Made by a program: the position numbers and the translations under genes | From: Gemmatimonadota bacterium | GTDB taxonomy: Bacteria > Gemmatimonadota > Gemmatimonadetes > Gemmatimonadales > GWC2-71-9 | Direction of reading: 5' to 3' | DNA: 64,000 nt | Assembly (NCBI GenBank): GCA_039586365.1 | Contig: JBDHKN010000018.1 | Span: 22,643 to 86,642, forward strand | The notes under the pieces: generated by a model | Databases searched by the model: none | Seen by the model: the letters and a program-made list of their open reading frames with translations, nothing else | What the model was told of the DNA's origin: nothing | Shown: piece by piece, positions 26,535-36,567 of the stretch | How the letters are laid out: each line of letters starts with the position of its first letter | How positions within the stretch are numbered: position 1 is the first letter of the stretch

Positions 26535-28382
26535 ATGAGTGACATACCTGAAGCCCTTGGCGTTGCTCTGGCCGATCGCTACGAGCTGGATCGGGTGGTC
26601 GGTCGTGGAGGGATGGCTACCGTCTACCTCGCCCGCGATCTGAAACACGGTCGAGAGGTCGCACTCAAAGTGTTGCGGCCGGATCTCGCAGCATCCATCG
26701 GAACGGATCGCTTCCTCGTCGAGATCGAGATAGCAGCGCGGCTCACTCACCCGCACATCGTACCGCTGCATGACTCCGGCGAAGCCGAGGGATTTCTCTA
26801 CTACGTGATGCCGTTCGTGGAGGGTAAATCCCTGCGCGCATTGCTCAACCGTGAACGCCAGATCGAGCTCGCTACCGCCGTGTCTATCACCGTGCAGGTA
26901 GCCGATGCATTGAGTTACGCCCATCGGATGGGTGTGCTGCACCGCGACATTAAGCCGGAGAACATCTTGCTGTCAGGACGCCACGCCTTCGTCACCGACT
27001 TCGGAATTGCCAAGGCACTGAGTTCGGCTGGCGGTCCCAAACTCACACGGTCAGGGTTTCCGCTGGGCACAGTTGGGTACATGAGTCCGGAGCAGGCAGC
27101 CGGTGTCCGGGACATTGACGTGCGGTCGGATGTGTACGGGTTGGCCTGCGTTCTGTATGAAATGTTGGTTGGGGACACTCCGGGACTGTGGCTCACGGAA
27201 GAGGCAGTGCGGTTGGGCCGACTCGTAGATGCTGAGGCCAATCATCGTACTCAGCTCGATAAGCTCCCGGGGCGGGTAGAGCAGGTTCTCGCGCGGGGTT
27301 TGGCTATGCGACCGACCGACCGGTATCCCACACCCACCGGTTTCGCTGACGCGCTGGTTGCCGTGTTGGGCACCACTGATGTGAAGTTCCGAGAGATCCA
27401 GGTTCAGCAAATAATCGGGCGCGCGGCGCAACTACAAGCAGAGTCACCACTCGATGAGGATGCGTTCTCGCTTGGCACGTTAGAGCAAGTTGCTGCCGAA
27501 GTTGGCATCCCCCCGGAGCGCGTGCGTGAAGCCGTAGAGCAGCTGGGTGACCCTGTCACTCCGGAGAATCTGGAGCAATGGGGGCCTCCTCCTAGCAGCA
27601 GTGTCGGCTTTAGTGACACCGAAGTGCGTCAGATCATAGAGCGGGCAGTTGAGCTGGAGGCGAAGTATTCGGGTGAGCAGGCGGCATTGACGGAGGGTGG
27701 CCTCGAATTGGTGGCGGCCGAGGTCGGTATACCGCCCGAACGTGTGCATGAGGCTATTGGAGAATTGCGGCGGCTGCCCGATCACGCAGCTGTCGCGGGG
27801 ACTCCTCCCGGACCGTGGAAACCGGCAGCGGTGGTGGTGGACCGGACGATTGGACATGAGATCACCGAGTCGGAGTTCGTACTGATGGTCGAAGAGATTC
27901 GGGGGGTGCTTGGTGCCAGGGGCCAGATAACCAACCTGGGCGCGTCTTTGACGTGGAGCACAGAACCACGCTATGCTGGCGACCGGGACGTGCAGATCGT
28001 AATGAGTCCCAGTTCCGACGGCACCCAAATCCACGTGGAAGAGCGCCTGCGGATTCTCGGTCGCGAGATCGGGGGCAGCGTAGCGGGGTGGGCGATTGGA
28101 GGTCTCGTCGGGATCGCGGTGGCGCTGGGATTCGGCGCCGTGGATACATCAATCGTACCACTGTTCGGGATCAGCTTCTCAGCAGCGGGTGCCTACGTAG
28201 CTCACCGGTCGATCTTCGAGAGCACGGTGCTACAGCGGAGGCGGCAGCTGGAGGACCTCGCCGATCGGTTAGTGACTCGTGTTAGGCAGTCGGCCAGCGG
28301 CCGAGAGCGGTCCGCGTTCGGCTTTCAGCCTCCGGCTGTCAGCGGTCAGCAGGCACCCTCAAGTTTGCCTGGTAGTAACTAG
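26535..28382 (+). CDS. Hanks-type Ser/Thr protein kinase with duplicated helical module and C-terminal TM hairpin
   Basis: GRGGMATV, VALK, HRDIKPEN, DFG, YMSPEQ. Confidence 0.93.
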   Translation: MSDIPEALGVALADRYELDRVVGRGGMATVYLARDLKHGREVALKVLRPDLAASIGTDRFLVEIEIAARLTHPHIVPLHDSGEAEGFLYYVMPFVEGKSLRALLNRERQIELATAVSITVQVADALSYAHRMGVLHRDIKPENILLSGRHAFVTDFGIAKALSSAGGPKLTRSGFPLGTVGYMSPEQAAGVRDIDVRSDVYGLACVLYEMLVGDTPGLWLTEEAVRLGRLVDAEANHRTQLDKLPGRVEQVLARGLAMRPTDRYPTPTGFADALVAVLGTTDVKFREIQVQQIIGRAAQLQAESPLDEDAFSLGTLEQVAAEVGIPPERVREAVEQLGDPVTPENLEQWGPPPSSSVGFSDTEVRQIIERAVELEAKYSGEQAALTEGGLELVAAEVGIPPERVHEAIGELRRLPDHAAVAGTPPGPWKPAAVVVDRTIGHEITESEFVLMVEEIRGVLGARGQITNLGASLTWSTEPRYAGDRDVQIVMSPSSDGTQIHVEERLRILGREIGGSVAGWAIGGLVGIAVALGFGAVDTSIVPLFGISFSAAGAYVAHRSIFESTVLQRRRQLEDLADRLVTRVRQSASGRERSAFGFQPPAVSGQQAPSSLPGSN

Positions 28383-28487
28383 GCCAGCCGAGCGTGCGTT
28401 GAGACGAGGCACACCAGCGGCAAGCAGTTGAGACCGGCGCTCCACAACACCTAGGGCTTGCGCTCTTACGATGATTTCAGTATCGCC

Positions 28488-28564
28488 CTCCCGGCTCCCG
28501 GCTCCCGGCTCCCGGCTCCCGGCTCCCGGCTCCCGGCTCCCGGCTCCCGGCTCCCGGCTCCCGG
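28488..28564 (+). repeat. (CTCCCGG)11 perfect tandem repeat
   Basis: 77 bp of perfect repeat, 3 bp beyond the ADOP stop codon. Confidence 0.95.
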
Positions 28565-28567
28565 CTG

Positions 28568-31291
28568 CTATTCTGCCCGCAATGCTTCTATTGGGCTGCA
28601 TCGTGTCGCCCGTAGGGCTGGGGCGTAGCTGGCCCCCACGGCGACACCGATGAGGATCAGTGCGATTCCTCCGAGGGTTACGGGGTCGGTGGGACTTATG
28701 CCGAACAGCATGCTGCGCAACTGCGCTGCCAGGGGGACAGCAAGCCCGAAGCCGATGATCAACCCGACCATGACCAACCGGATCCCGTCCCAAACAACCA
28801 TGTAACGCAGGTCAGTCGTATGAGCACCCAACGCCACGCGGATTCCGAACTCACGGGTCCGTTGGGAAACGGTGTATGCTAGAATGCCGTACAACCCAAT
28901 TGCGGCCAGCAACAGTCCGACTCCGCCGAAGACGCTAGCGAGCAGCGTCGTGGCCCTGCTCGGCAGCAGGGCGATTCCCATGATATCCTCATACGAGGTG
29001 TTCGCGTCGACCGGGACTTCGGGGTCAAGGTCATGCATGATGTCGCGTAGATGCTCAGCTAGCGCACCCTCATCCCCACTGAAGCGGGCAACCATGACCA
29101 GATCGGCGTGGGGCTGCTGCTCGTATGGGACGTACACGAAGGAGCGCTGTTCCTCGCCGAGCGTACGGTACTTGGAGTTGCGAACGACACCCACCACTTC
29201 GATTTCGGGATCATCGGCTGTGCCCAGGCGGATCCGCTTGCCAAGAGCAGTCTCGCCTGGCCAGGTTCGAATGGCAAAGGCCTGGTTCACGATTGCCACC
29301 AAGGGAGAACCTCCCTTGTCGGAACTGTTGAAGTCACGTCCTTGTAGGATCGGGATTCGGAAGGTGGCGAAGAAGTTCGGCGTCACGATGGCATAGTCGA
29401 TCTCGGGCCACTCTTCCTGGTCAACTGGCTCACGAGCCGGTATGGAGTAAGTAATCGAATGTCCCCCTAGAGTAACGGGCGGCCAGTTGGTGAGGGCCAC
29501 CGACTCCACCTGCGGCAAGGCGATCGCGCGGTCCATGAGGTCGTGCGAGAGCTGAGCAGCTGTTTCGGCCGTGTAGTTCCGATGGAAGTCGAGTTCGCTA
29601 CTGAAGAAGTGGACGTTCTGAGGATCGAAGCCAAGGTCGGCTGAGTTGGCCTGTGATAGCCCCCGAGCAAACAGCCCGGCGACGACCAGCAGCAGGGCCG
29701 AGCCCGAAACTTGTAGGACGACGAAGGTGTCTCGGAGCCGTCTGCGTAACCGCCGCCAGCCGCGGGCTTCGGCCTTGAGCGCGGTGTTCAGGTCCGGTCT
29801 TGTCACCTGTAGAGCCGGTGTCAGGCCGAACGCGATACCGGTGAGCATTGCGACCAAGAGCGAGAACGCGAGTACTCGATGGTCCAGCGACAAGTCGAGC
29901 ACCAGAGGAACGTCGATGGGCAGCTGAAAACTGCTCAAGAGCTTGGTGACGTAGCCAGCGATGAGTACTGCACCGACAGCACCCAGTAGGAAGAGAATGA
30001 TGCTCTCGGTGAGTAGCTGGCGGATGACTCGCGCGCGTGCCGCGCCAAGCGCCAGTCGCAGTGCGACCTCTCGGTTGCGCCGTTCGGCACGGGACAACAA
30101 CATGCTGCCGACGTTGATGCTCGCGATCAGCAGAACGATACCGGACAACAAGAACAGGAACAACGATATGGCGAACGCTCCTGTCATCGCCCGCGGCGAG
30201 AGCGAGTCGTACGGTTCAATCCTGATCCCGTGGTCCGGGTTGTTCTTGGGGAATTCGGCCCGGAGGCTGGCGCTGACCACGTTGAACGCGGCTTCGGCCT
30301 GTTCCCGGGATACTCCCTCCCTCAGACGTGCCAGCGGCCTCACCCACGACTCGGTGCGATCCGTGTGGTTGCGTTCGCTGAAGATGGCGGGTGCCGAGCC
30401 CATTCCGAGCCACACACCGATCTCCATGATGGTGATGGGTCCCCGGAAACCAGCTTCAGTAACCCCAACGATAGTGAACGGCTGCTGGTTGACCCGTACT
30501 GTCCGCCCGACCACCGAGGAGTCCCCGCCGTACTGCCTCGTCCACGTTCCGTGACTCAACACGGCAACCAGAGGTGCGCCGTCACGATCTTCCTCGGGAA
30601 GAAAGAACCGTCCCAGCGCCAAGCGAGTCCCCATCACCTGGAGCAGATCGTGCGTCGCCAGGAAACCCACTGTGGCCCCGGATTGGGTCGCACCTTCCAC
30701 ACTTACAGTAGCGAGCGCCATCCCAGCCAGATCCACCAGCTCGCTGGTTCCCTCCCGATAGGCTAGGTAGTTGGGATACGACATGTCCTCTTCGTTGGAG
30801 CCATCCTCGGTTACCGTGCGGACCTTGACCAGATCATTCCAGTTGCGCATGCCGGGAGCTGGTCTCAAGAGGACCGAGTTCACTACGCTAAAGATCGTCG
30901 TCGTTGCACCGATTCCGATGGCGAGCGTGACTGCGGCCATCAAGGTGAACGTCGGTGACTTTCTCAGGATGCGGCCGGCGAAACGGATGTCCTGGGCTAA
31001 TGTCTCCCAGACGGGCGCACGGTTGCGGGGAGATCGGTGGTTGCCGCGGTTCGGCTGATTCTGCCCCGTGTGGCGGCCTGGTAGCCGGTTGGAGAGACGT
31101 TCCAACGTGTACCGCGCTGCAGCGAAGCAAGCCTGATAGGAATACCACATGCTACTCGACAACCGACCCTGCGAGATCCGTCGCTCGACGTACATCTCGT
31201 GGAGGTCGCCGAGCACTCCATCTCGAGCCGCTCCCGCTGGTAGCAGTGCTGCTGCCAGGGCCCGGGCTATGCGAGGCGGTCGCGGATTCAT
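28568..31291 (-). CDS. ADOP-type duplicated ABC permease (MacB-PCD/FtsX x2)
   Basis: QDIRFAGRILRKSP, REVALRLALGA, QRTREFGIRVALGA, terminal ALRAE; follows padR. Confidence 0.92.
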   Translation of the reverse strand: MNPRPPRIARALAAALLPAGAARDGVLGDLHEMYVERRISQGRLSSSMWYSYQACFAAARYTLERLSNRLPGRHTGQNQPNRGNHRSPRNRAPVWETLAQDIRFAGRILRKSPTFTLMAAVTLAIGIGATTTIFSVVNSVLLRPAPGMRNWNDLVKVRTVTEDGSNEEDMSYPNYLAYREGTSELVDLAGMALATVSVEGATQSGATVGFLATHDLLQVMGTRLALGRFFLPEEDRDGAPLVAVLSHGTWTRQYGGDSSVVGRTVRVNQQPFTIVGVTEAGFRGPITIMEIGVWLGMGSAPAIFSERNHTDRTESWVRPLARLREGVSREQAEAAFNVVSASLRAEFPKNNPDHGIRIEPYDSLSPRAMTGAFAISLFLFLLSGIVLLIASINVGSMLLSRAERRNREVALRLALGAARARVIRQLLTESIILFLLGAVGAVLIAGYVTKLLSSFQLPIDVPLVLDLSLDHRVLAFSLLVAMLTGIAFGLTPALQVTRPDLNTALKAEARGWRRLRRRLRDTFVVLQVSGSALLLVVAGLFARGLSQANSADLGFDPQNVHFFSSELDFHRNYTAETAAQLSHDLMDRAIALPQVESVALTNWPPVTLGGHSITYSIPAREPVDQEEWPEIDYAIVTPNFFATFRIPILQGRDFNSSDKGGSPLVAIVNQAFAIRTWPGETALGKRIRLGTADDPEIEVVGVVRNSKYRTLGEEQRSFVYVPYEQQPHADLVMVARFSGDEGALAEHLRDIMHDLDPEVPVDANTSYEDIMGIALLPSRATTLLASVFGGVGLLLAAIGLYGILAYTVSQRTREFGIRVALGAHTTDLRYMVVWDGIRLVMVGLIIGFGLAVPLAAQLRSMLFGISPTDPVTLGGIALILIGVAVGASYAPALRATRCSPIEALRAE

Positions 31292-31620
31292 GATTCGTCC
31301 AGCCTTGTCTCGAGGCCGCTCCAGAGGTTGAGCATCGCCGCGCGGACTTGCCGGATAGCTTGAAGACCTGCTTCCGTGACGGTGACGAATCGTTTGGGTC
31401 GGCCACCGCGGTTGGGAGCCGAGCTACCCATCCGGGATTGCAGGTAGCCCTTGGCCTCCAGGCGATCCAGTGTGACCGAGAGAGATCCGCTGGGAACGCG
31501 ACGGCCTGTTTCGCGCTGGATCTCGCGGATGATGGCTGTGCCGTACGCCTCTTGGCCGAGCCTGAGGACGGCCGCGAGCACCACGTGCTCGAATTCGCCG
31601 AGGTATGATGTGCCACCCAT
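31288..31620 (-). CDS. PadR-family regulator (acidobacterial type)
   Basis: LGEFEHVVL..AYG..TLDRLEAKG..GGRPKRF; stop overlaps the permease start. Confidence 0.9.
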   Translation of the reverse strand: MGGTSYLGEFEHVVLAAVLRLGQEAYGTAIIREIQRETGRRVPSGSLSVTLDRLEAKGYLQSRMGSSAPNRGGRPKRFVTVTEAGLQAIRQVRAAMLNLWSGLETRLDES

Positions 31621-31784
31621 TACAAGCTGACTTTGTAAGGTTGATGGTCCCTACGGGGCGAGTTTTGAGGAAGTTTCGGGAGCAGGGAGCCGGGGGCAGC
31701 TCGTTGACCGTCCAGGGATTGGGGCTGGCTTGGGGGGCCAAGGGGCTGAAGCTCTGAGACTCCAGCCCCCGTGATCTGGTCGGT

Positions 31785-33317
31785 CTACCTGTGCAAATCC
31801 ATTTCTCCCAGTGCCCAAATGGCCCAGCGCCGCACCTCGGGACTCTCATCCTTGAGGGCTGCGGTCAGAGCCTCGGCTGCCCGGCCGTCGCCGATTTCGC
31901 CGAGTGCCCAGGCCGACCATCGACGCACCTGGTCGACGTCGTCCTGCAGCAGAGCTGCGGTCAGTGCGTCGACAGCTCGTGAATCGCTTATCTCACCAAG
32001 TGCCCATGCGGCCCAGCGCCGCGCCTCAGCGTAGGAGTCTCGCTGGAGCGCGACCGAAAGAGCTTCTACCGCTCGGGGATCTCCGATCTCACCCAGCGCC
32101 CAGGCAGCCCAGCGACGGGCCTCAGCGTGGGAGTCTCGCTGGACGGTGACCGAGAGGGCGTCGACGGCTCGGGGATCCCCTATCTCACCCAGCGCCCAGG
32201 CAGCCCAGCGACGGGCCTCAGCGTGTGTTTCGTCCTGGAGTGATGCTGCCAGCCCGTCCACTGCCCGCGCGTCGCCTATCTCCCCCAGCGCCCAGGCTGC
32301 CCAGCGTCGCGTCTCACCATGGGTGTCGTCTCTCACTGTCGCCGATAGTGGACCGACTGCTCGGGAGTCTCCTATCTCCCCCAGCGCCCAGGCTGCCCAG
32401 CGGCGGGTCTCACCGTTTTGGTCGTCTCTCAGCGCCACCACGAGCGCGTCGACTCCCCGCGGGTCCCCGATTTCACCCAGTGCCCAGGCGGCCCAGCGAC
32501 GCGCCTCCGCATAGCTGTCTTTCCAGACCGCGACTGCAAGGGCTTCGACCGCACCCGGATCCCCTATCTCACCCAACGCCCAAGCGGCCCAACGGCGAAC
32601 CTCGTTATCGGGGTCGTTCAGTAGCGCGTCCGCCAGCGCCTCGAGAGCTCGTGGGTCCTGCAACTCACCCAAGGCCTGGGCGACCGACTTCCGCACGTGA
32701 GCATCTTCGTCCTGCAATGATCCGAGCAGGGCGTTGAGGCTCAAGCCCCTCGCCCGAGCCGCTTGTTCCTCGTAATCCGCCGCGGCGGCTTCTGCGGCCG
32801 CTTGTGCTGCCTCTTGGGCTATCTCCATCGCCATGCGAATGGCGTCCGCAATCGACTCCGTGTCGATTTCGATGGCGGTCTCTCCGGCGAAAATGGGTTC
32901 GTCAGCGAAGATTGGTTCCTCGTCGTGGTCGGCCGATCTCATGAGCCCAGCGACTGCGACAGTGCCGGGCACCAGTAGCGCCACGAGCCCGGCAGCCCAC
33001 AAAGCCGGCCTGGGCACCTTCCGCCGGCGTTTCTGACTGGTGCCCAGAGGTGCGACCATGGCTCTGTCAGACACTCCGGCCACGATGCCAGGCCAGAGGT
33101 CGTTTTCTGGGGTCCCTTCGGTCGGTAGGGAGTTGACTGCCACTACCGTGGCCTTCAGTTCGTCGAGTTTGGCCGTGCAGGCCTTACACGAATCGAGGTG
33201 CTGGCGCACAAAAGCGTCAGCATTGGCGTTCAACTCCTCATCGAAGAATGCGGATAGCAGTTCTTCGACGACATCGCATTCGCTGCCTTCTCGGTCCAAA
33301 AAATCGTGCTCAGTCAT
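31785..33317 (-). CDS. zf-HC2 anti-sigma factor with TM helix and 10 HEAT (PBS-lyase-like) repeats
   Basis: HLDSCKAC; TM helix ALWAAGLVALLV; ~32-aa repeats ExRRWAAWALGEIGD. Confidence 0.88.
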   Translation of the reverse strand: MTEHDFLDREGSECDVVEELLSAFFDEELNANADAFVRQHLDSCKACTAKLDELKATVVAVNSLPTEGTPENDLWPGIVAGVSDRAMVAPLGTSQKRRRKVPRPALWAAGLVALLVPGTVAVAGLMRSADHDEEPIFADEPIFAGETAIEIDTESIADAIRMAMEIAQEAAQAAAEAAAADYEEQAARARGLSLNALLGSLQDEDAHVRKSVAQALGELQDPRALEALADALLNDPDNEVRRWAAWALGEIGDPGAVEALAVAVWKDSYAEARRWAAWALGEIGDPRGVDALVVALRDDQNGETRRWAAWALGEIGDSRAVGPLSATVRDDTHGETRRWAAWALGEIGDARAVDGLAASLQDETHAEARRWAAWALGEIGDPRAVDALSVTVQRDSHAEARRWAAWALGEIGDPRAVEALSVALQRDSYAEARRWAAWALGEISDSRAVDALTAALLQDDVDQVRRWSAWALGEIGDGRAAEALTAALKDESPEVRRWAIWALGEMDLHR

Positions 33318-33949
33318 TTGAGCAATGCCTCCCGCACGAGCCGTCGTGCTCTGTTCAGCTGAGACTTGACCGTTCCTTCAGCCACTTCGGTCATCTCGGC
33401 GATTTCCCGATATCTGTAACCCTCGATGTCATGGAGGATGAGGACCTCCTTGGCGCCTGGGGGGAGTGTGGCGATAGCCCTCTCCAGGTCCATCTTGGTC
33501 TCTGGCATGGCCATCTTAAGCCCGCTCTCGAACTGCTCCAGGTCGGGCGTCTCGGTGATTCTGCTATCGTGGCGCTTCTGTGACCTGATGTGACCCAGTA
33601 CGACGTTCGTTCCCAACCGGTGGAGCCAAGTACCGAAAGCACTCTCGAACCTGAAAGACTTGATGGTCTCCCAAGTCCTGATAAAGATGTCCTGCGTGAG
33701 TTCCTCGGCGCGCTGGTGGTCGCTCACCATACGTAGCGACAGCGCGTACATCCGGCGTACGTAGGCTTCGTAGAGGCGCTCGAAAGCCCCGGCATCGCCG
33801 GTCTGGGCCCGCTGTACCAAATCGTCCTCGTCCCACGCAGGGGCACGCTCGAGTGTGTCTTGCACGTTTACCCCAGGTTCATCGACCGCTCTCGCCTGAC
33901 TGGCTTGAGACGAAATCCAATATTGATTCCTGAGCGCTGACACCGCCAT
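33314..33949 (-). CDS. ECF sigma-70 factor
   Basis: AEELTQDIF, FGTWLHR, EGYRYREIA..GTVKSQLNRAR; AAGGAG RBS. Confidence 0.93.
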   Translation of the reverse strand: MAVSALRNQYWISSQASQARAVDEPGVNVQDTLERAPAWDEDDLVQRAQTGDAGAFERLYEAYVRRMYALSLRMVSDHQRAEELTQDIFIRTWETIKSFRFESAFGTWLHRLGTNVVLGHIRSQKRHDSRITETPDLEQFESGLKMAMPETKMDLERAIATLPPGAKEVLILHDIEGYRYREIAEMTEVAEGTVKSQLNRARRLVREALLK

Positions 33950-34000
33950 GGCAACTCCTTGAAGGGAACCGAACATCGGTTTCGGTTCGTCGTCACCAGT

Positions 34001-34029
34001 TTGGATGCCGCAGGCGCCTGTTTGGTTCG
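34001..34029 (-). promoter_or_regulatory. Candidate ECF autoregulatory promoter
   Basis: GAACC-N16-CATCCAA on the minus strand, about 50 bp upstream of the sigma start. Confidence 0.55.
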
Positions 34030-34087
34030 AAGGGGTGGCGGCGGTCGGCGTTGGGTCATGAGCGTCAATTCGGTATTGTCGAGCCGC

Positions 34088-35842
34088 TCAGGCGCTGGCT
34101 CTAACTCCTTGTGAGACACTGCGATAGAGGACGAAGCCAGCGGCAGCAGCGGCGATAATATAGCTGAGTCCAGCGGCGACGCCTTCCAGGATCACTTTGC
34201 CCACCGCGAAGAGGCCACAGTAGATGAACGCCAAGCCGGCACACCAATCGATGACGTCGGACCAGCCCATTCGGTCTACATTGATGCTGCTCCGACGAGC
34301 AATGGGACCCCACCAGGGGGACCCTGGGCGCACCAATTCGTAGAACTCCGTCAGTTTCTTCGGATCGGTCGGTGGCGTCACCAATGCCACTGTCAGCCAG
34401 CACAACGTCGACATGCCTGCCGTGACTATCAGATGCCAACCGAACTCCATTGCCGGATTCATCAAGTGAATACTTACGTAGACCAGGGCCGTCGACACCC
34501 AGGCTGCGATCTCGCTCCAGGCATTGACTCGCCACCACCACCACCGCATCACGTAGACACCTCCAATGCCAACCGTCATGCCGAAGAAGAGTTCCCAGGC
34601 GCCGCGGATAGACTGCATCATGTAGGCTGTAGTTCCGCCAACCAGCATGAGTACAATGACCAGCAATCTGGATGTCGTCACGTAGTGCTTCTCACTTGCT
34701 CGTGTGTTGATGAATGGTCTGTAGCAGTCGTTCACCAACAACGACACGCCCCAGTTGAGGAGGGTGTCTATTGTACTCATGAAAGCTGCCAGCAGGCTGG
34801 CGACCATGACGCCCAACAGCCCCACCGGCATGAATTGCACGATCATCATCGGATAGCCCAGTTCCCTATCCTCCAGTTCGGGGAATACCACCAAGGATAT
34901 GAGTCCCACTACGATCCAGGGCCATGGTCGCAGGACATAGTGGGCGAAGCAGAACCACAACACACCCAGGAAACTGTGCTCCTCGTTCTTGGCAGCTAGC
35001 ATCCGTTGCACCATGTAGCTGGTACCACCGGCGTCCCTGGTAGCCCACCAGTTGACACCGATCAGGGCAACAAATGTGAGCAGGGGTAGAGAATTGCTAC
35101 CCGCTGTGGGGAAGAAGCTGAGAATACCATCCAGCGAATCGCCGTACTGTTCGGCCAGTCGAAGCTTGAGCTGGCTGATTCCACCTATGTCCCCAACCGC
35201 AATCACAGCGAGTGCGATAGCCCCGGCCATGGCCAAGAGGAACTGCACGAAATCAGTCATCACCACGCCCCAGAAACCGGAGAGCACCGTGTACGCCACG
35301 GCGACGACCAGACACAAGAGGATTCCGAACCAGCGGCCATCAATCACGCCATCGATGCCAAGGCGCGCGGTTACTGCATCGAGGTCGATCAAGACACCCA
35401 TGATCTTGACCATGGCCAGTATCACCCATCCCATGATGATGCAGTTGAGGACTGCTCCCTCCCATATGCTCCGGAATACCCGCAGGGCAACAGCGGGTCG
35501 ACCTGAGTAACGAAGTTTGACCAGCTCCACATCGGTGATGACGCCGGCGCGACGCCACAGGCGGGCGAAGAAGAACGTGGCCATGAGGTGAGCTGCCGCG
35601 AAGTTCCAGATGAACCACACCCCAGAAATACCGTCGTTCGCTACCAACCCGGTGACCGCCAGGGGGGTATCCGCCGCGAACATTGTGGCAACTATGGAGG
35701 TGCCGAGTATCCACCAAGGAAGGTTCCGTCCGGAGAGGAAATACTGGGTGATGTCCCGACCCGCCCGGCGCCGGTATACGAATCCGATGCCGAGAGCGAA
35801 GATCATGTACAGTGCAACGATCGCCCAGTCGAGTGGGGCCAT
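34088..35842 (-). CDS. Sodium:solute symporter (SSS family)
   Basis: YFLSGRNLPWW..ATMFAADT, QRMLAAK, AAFMSTIDT; many TM helices. Confidence 0.92.
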   Translation of the reverse strand: MAPLDWAIVALYMIFALGIGFVYRRRAGRDITQYFLSGRNLPWWILGTSIVATMFAADTPLAVTGLVANDGISGVWFIWNFAAAHLMATFFFARLWRRAGVITDVELVKLRYSGRPAVALRVFRSIWEGAVLNCIIMGWVILAMVKIMGVLIDLDAVTARLGIDGVIDGRWFGILLCLVVAVAYTVLSGFWGVVMTDFVQFLLAMAGAIALAVIAVGDIGGISQLKLRLAEQYGDSLDGILSFFPTAGSNSLPLLTFVALIGVNWWATRDAGGTSYMVQRMLAAKNEEHSFLGVLWFCFAHYVLRPWPWIVVGLISLVVFPELEDRELGYPMMIVQFMPVGLLGVMVASLLAAFMSTIDTLLNWGVSLLVNDCYRPFINTRASEKHYVTTSRLLVIVLMLVGGTTAYMMQSIRGAWELFFGMTVGIGGVYVMRWWWWRVNAWSEIAAWVSTALVYVSIHLMNPAMEFGWHLIVTAGMSTLCWLTVALVTPPTDPKKLTEFYELVRPGSPWWGPIARRSSINVDRMGWSDVIDWCAGLAFIYCGLFAVGKVILEGVAAGLSYIIAAAAAGFVLYRSVSQGVRASA

Positions 35843-36065
35843 GGTCGAGTCTATTGCGCGGACTGCGGATCCGCCATAGGCCGATGGGGAGTCGGCCCCC
35901 TACCTTACTCGGAGGGCAGCCAACGGATCAACTCACGCTGCTCACCTGGCAGGAATCAAGCTGGCGGCCAGGGAGGTCAGTGCCAGTGGTAACAGGGCGT
36001 CTGTTTCAGGCGGAACAGGACGCAGATCAGATGTGGGAGAATCGGTGGCTCGCAGCTATCAGCTG

Positions 36066-36506
36066 TCAAAACGTCACAGTCACCCAGTCACCTTTCAGCA
36101 TCTCGGTTAGGGGAACGCCCATGTATTTCACTTCGACCCCGAGTCCCTCCAGCTGCCCCGAGACTCCGTAGCCGTCGGCGCATGCCTTGCAGGCGACGAG
36201 CTCGATCCCTGCATCTTTCATCTTGGTAACCTCCGTCTGAAGTTCTGCATCTTCAGACAGGAGCTTTGATGAAGGTCCCCACACGATGAGTGTGACCTCG
36301 TCGAACCAGCTGCGACTCTTCGCGTTGAGTGTGTACATGAATACCATCTTCAACGCGACATCCCGATCGCCACTGGTCCACACGACGGCCAGCTTAGATG
36401 GAGCGGGACTTTGGTGCTGTGCCCACAGGTGTCCTCGGGTGGTGGTCACCACAGCCGAAGTTCCTACACACAGCAGTGCTATGATGAACAACGTGGGGCG
36501 TTTCAT
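36066..36506 (-). CDS. DsrE-family protein with N-terminal signal peptide
   Basis: VVWTSGD..MYTLNA..WGPS..ACKACAD..YMG. Confidence 0.85.
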   Translation of the reverse strand: MKRPTLFIIALLCVGTSAVVTTTRGHLWAQHQSPAPSKLAVVWTSGDRDVALKMVFMYTLNAKSRSWFDEVTLIVWGPSSKLLSEDAELQTEVTKMKDAGIELVACKACADGYGVSGQLEGLGVEVKYMGVPLTEMLKGDWVTVTF

Positions 36507-36567
36507 GCTGACTCCTTTGACAGCTGACAGCTGTCAACAGGTGTGTCATAGTTGCGGGCTGACTCTG

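Noticed and set aside
26493..26942. Antisense ORF over the kinase (similar one at 56544-56849)
   Set aside because: Shadow ORFs of conserved kinase codons.
28359..28793. ORFs with REPGAGS / RLPAPGS peptide repeats
   Set aside because: Translations of the non-coding (CTCCCGG)11 repeat and of alternative frames of the permease 3' end.
31800..32700. 96-bp periodic DNA repeats resembling a CRISPR array
   Set aside because: They are in-frame coding HEAT repeats with no unique spacers and no cas genes.
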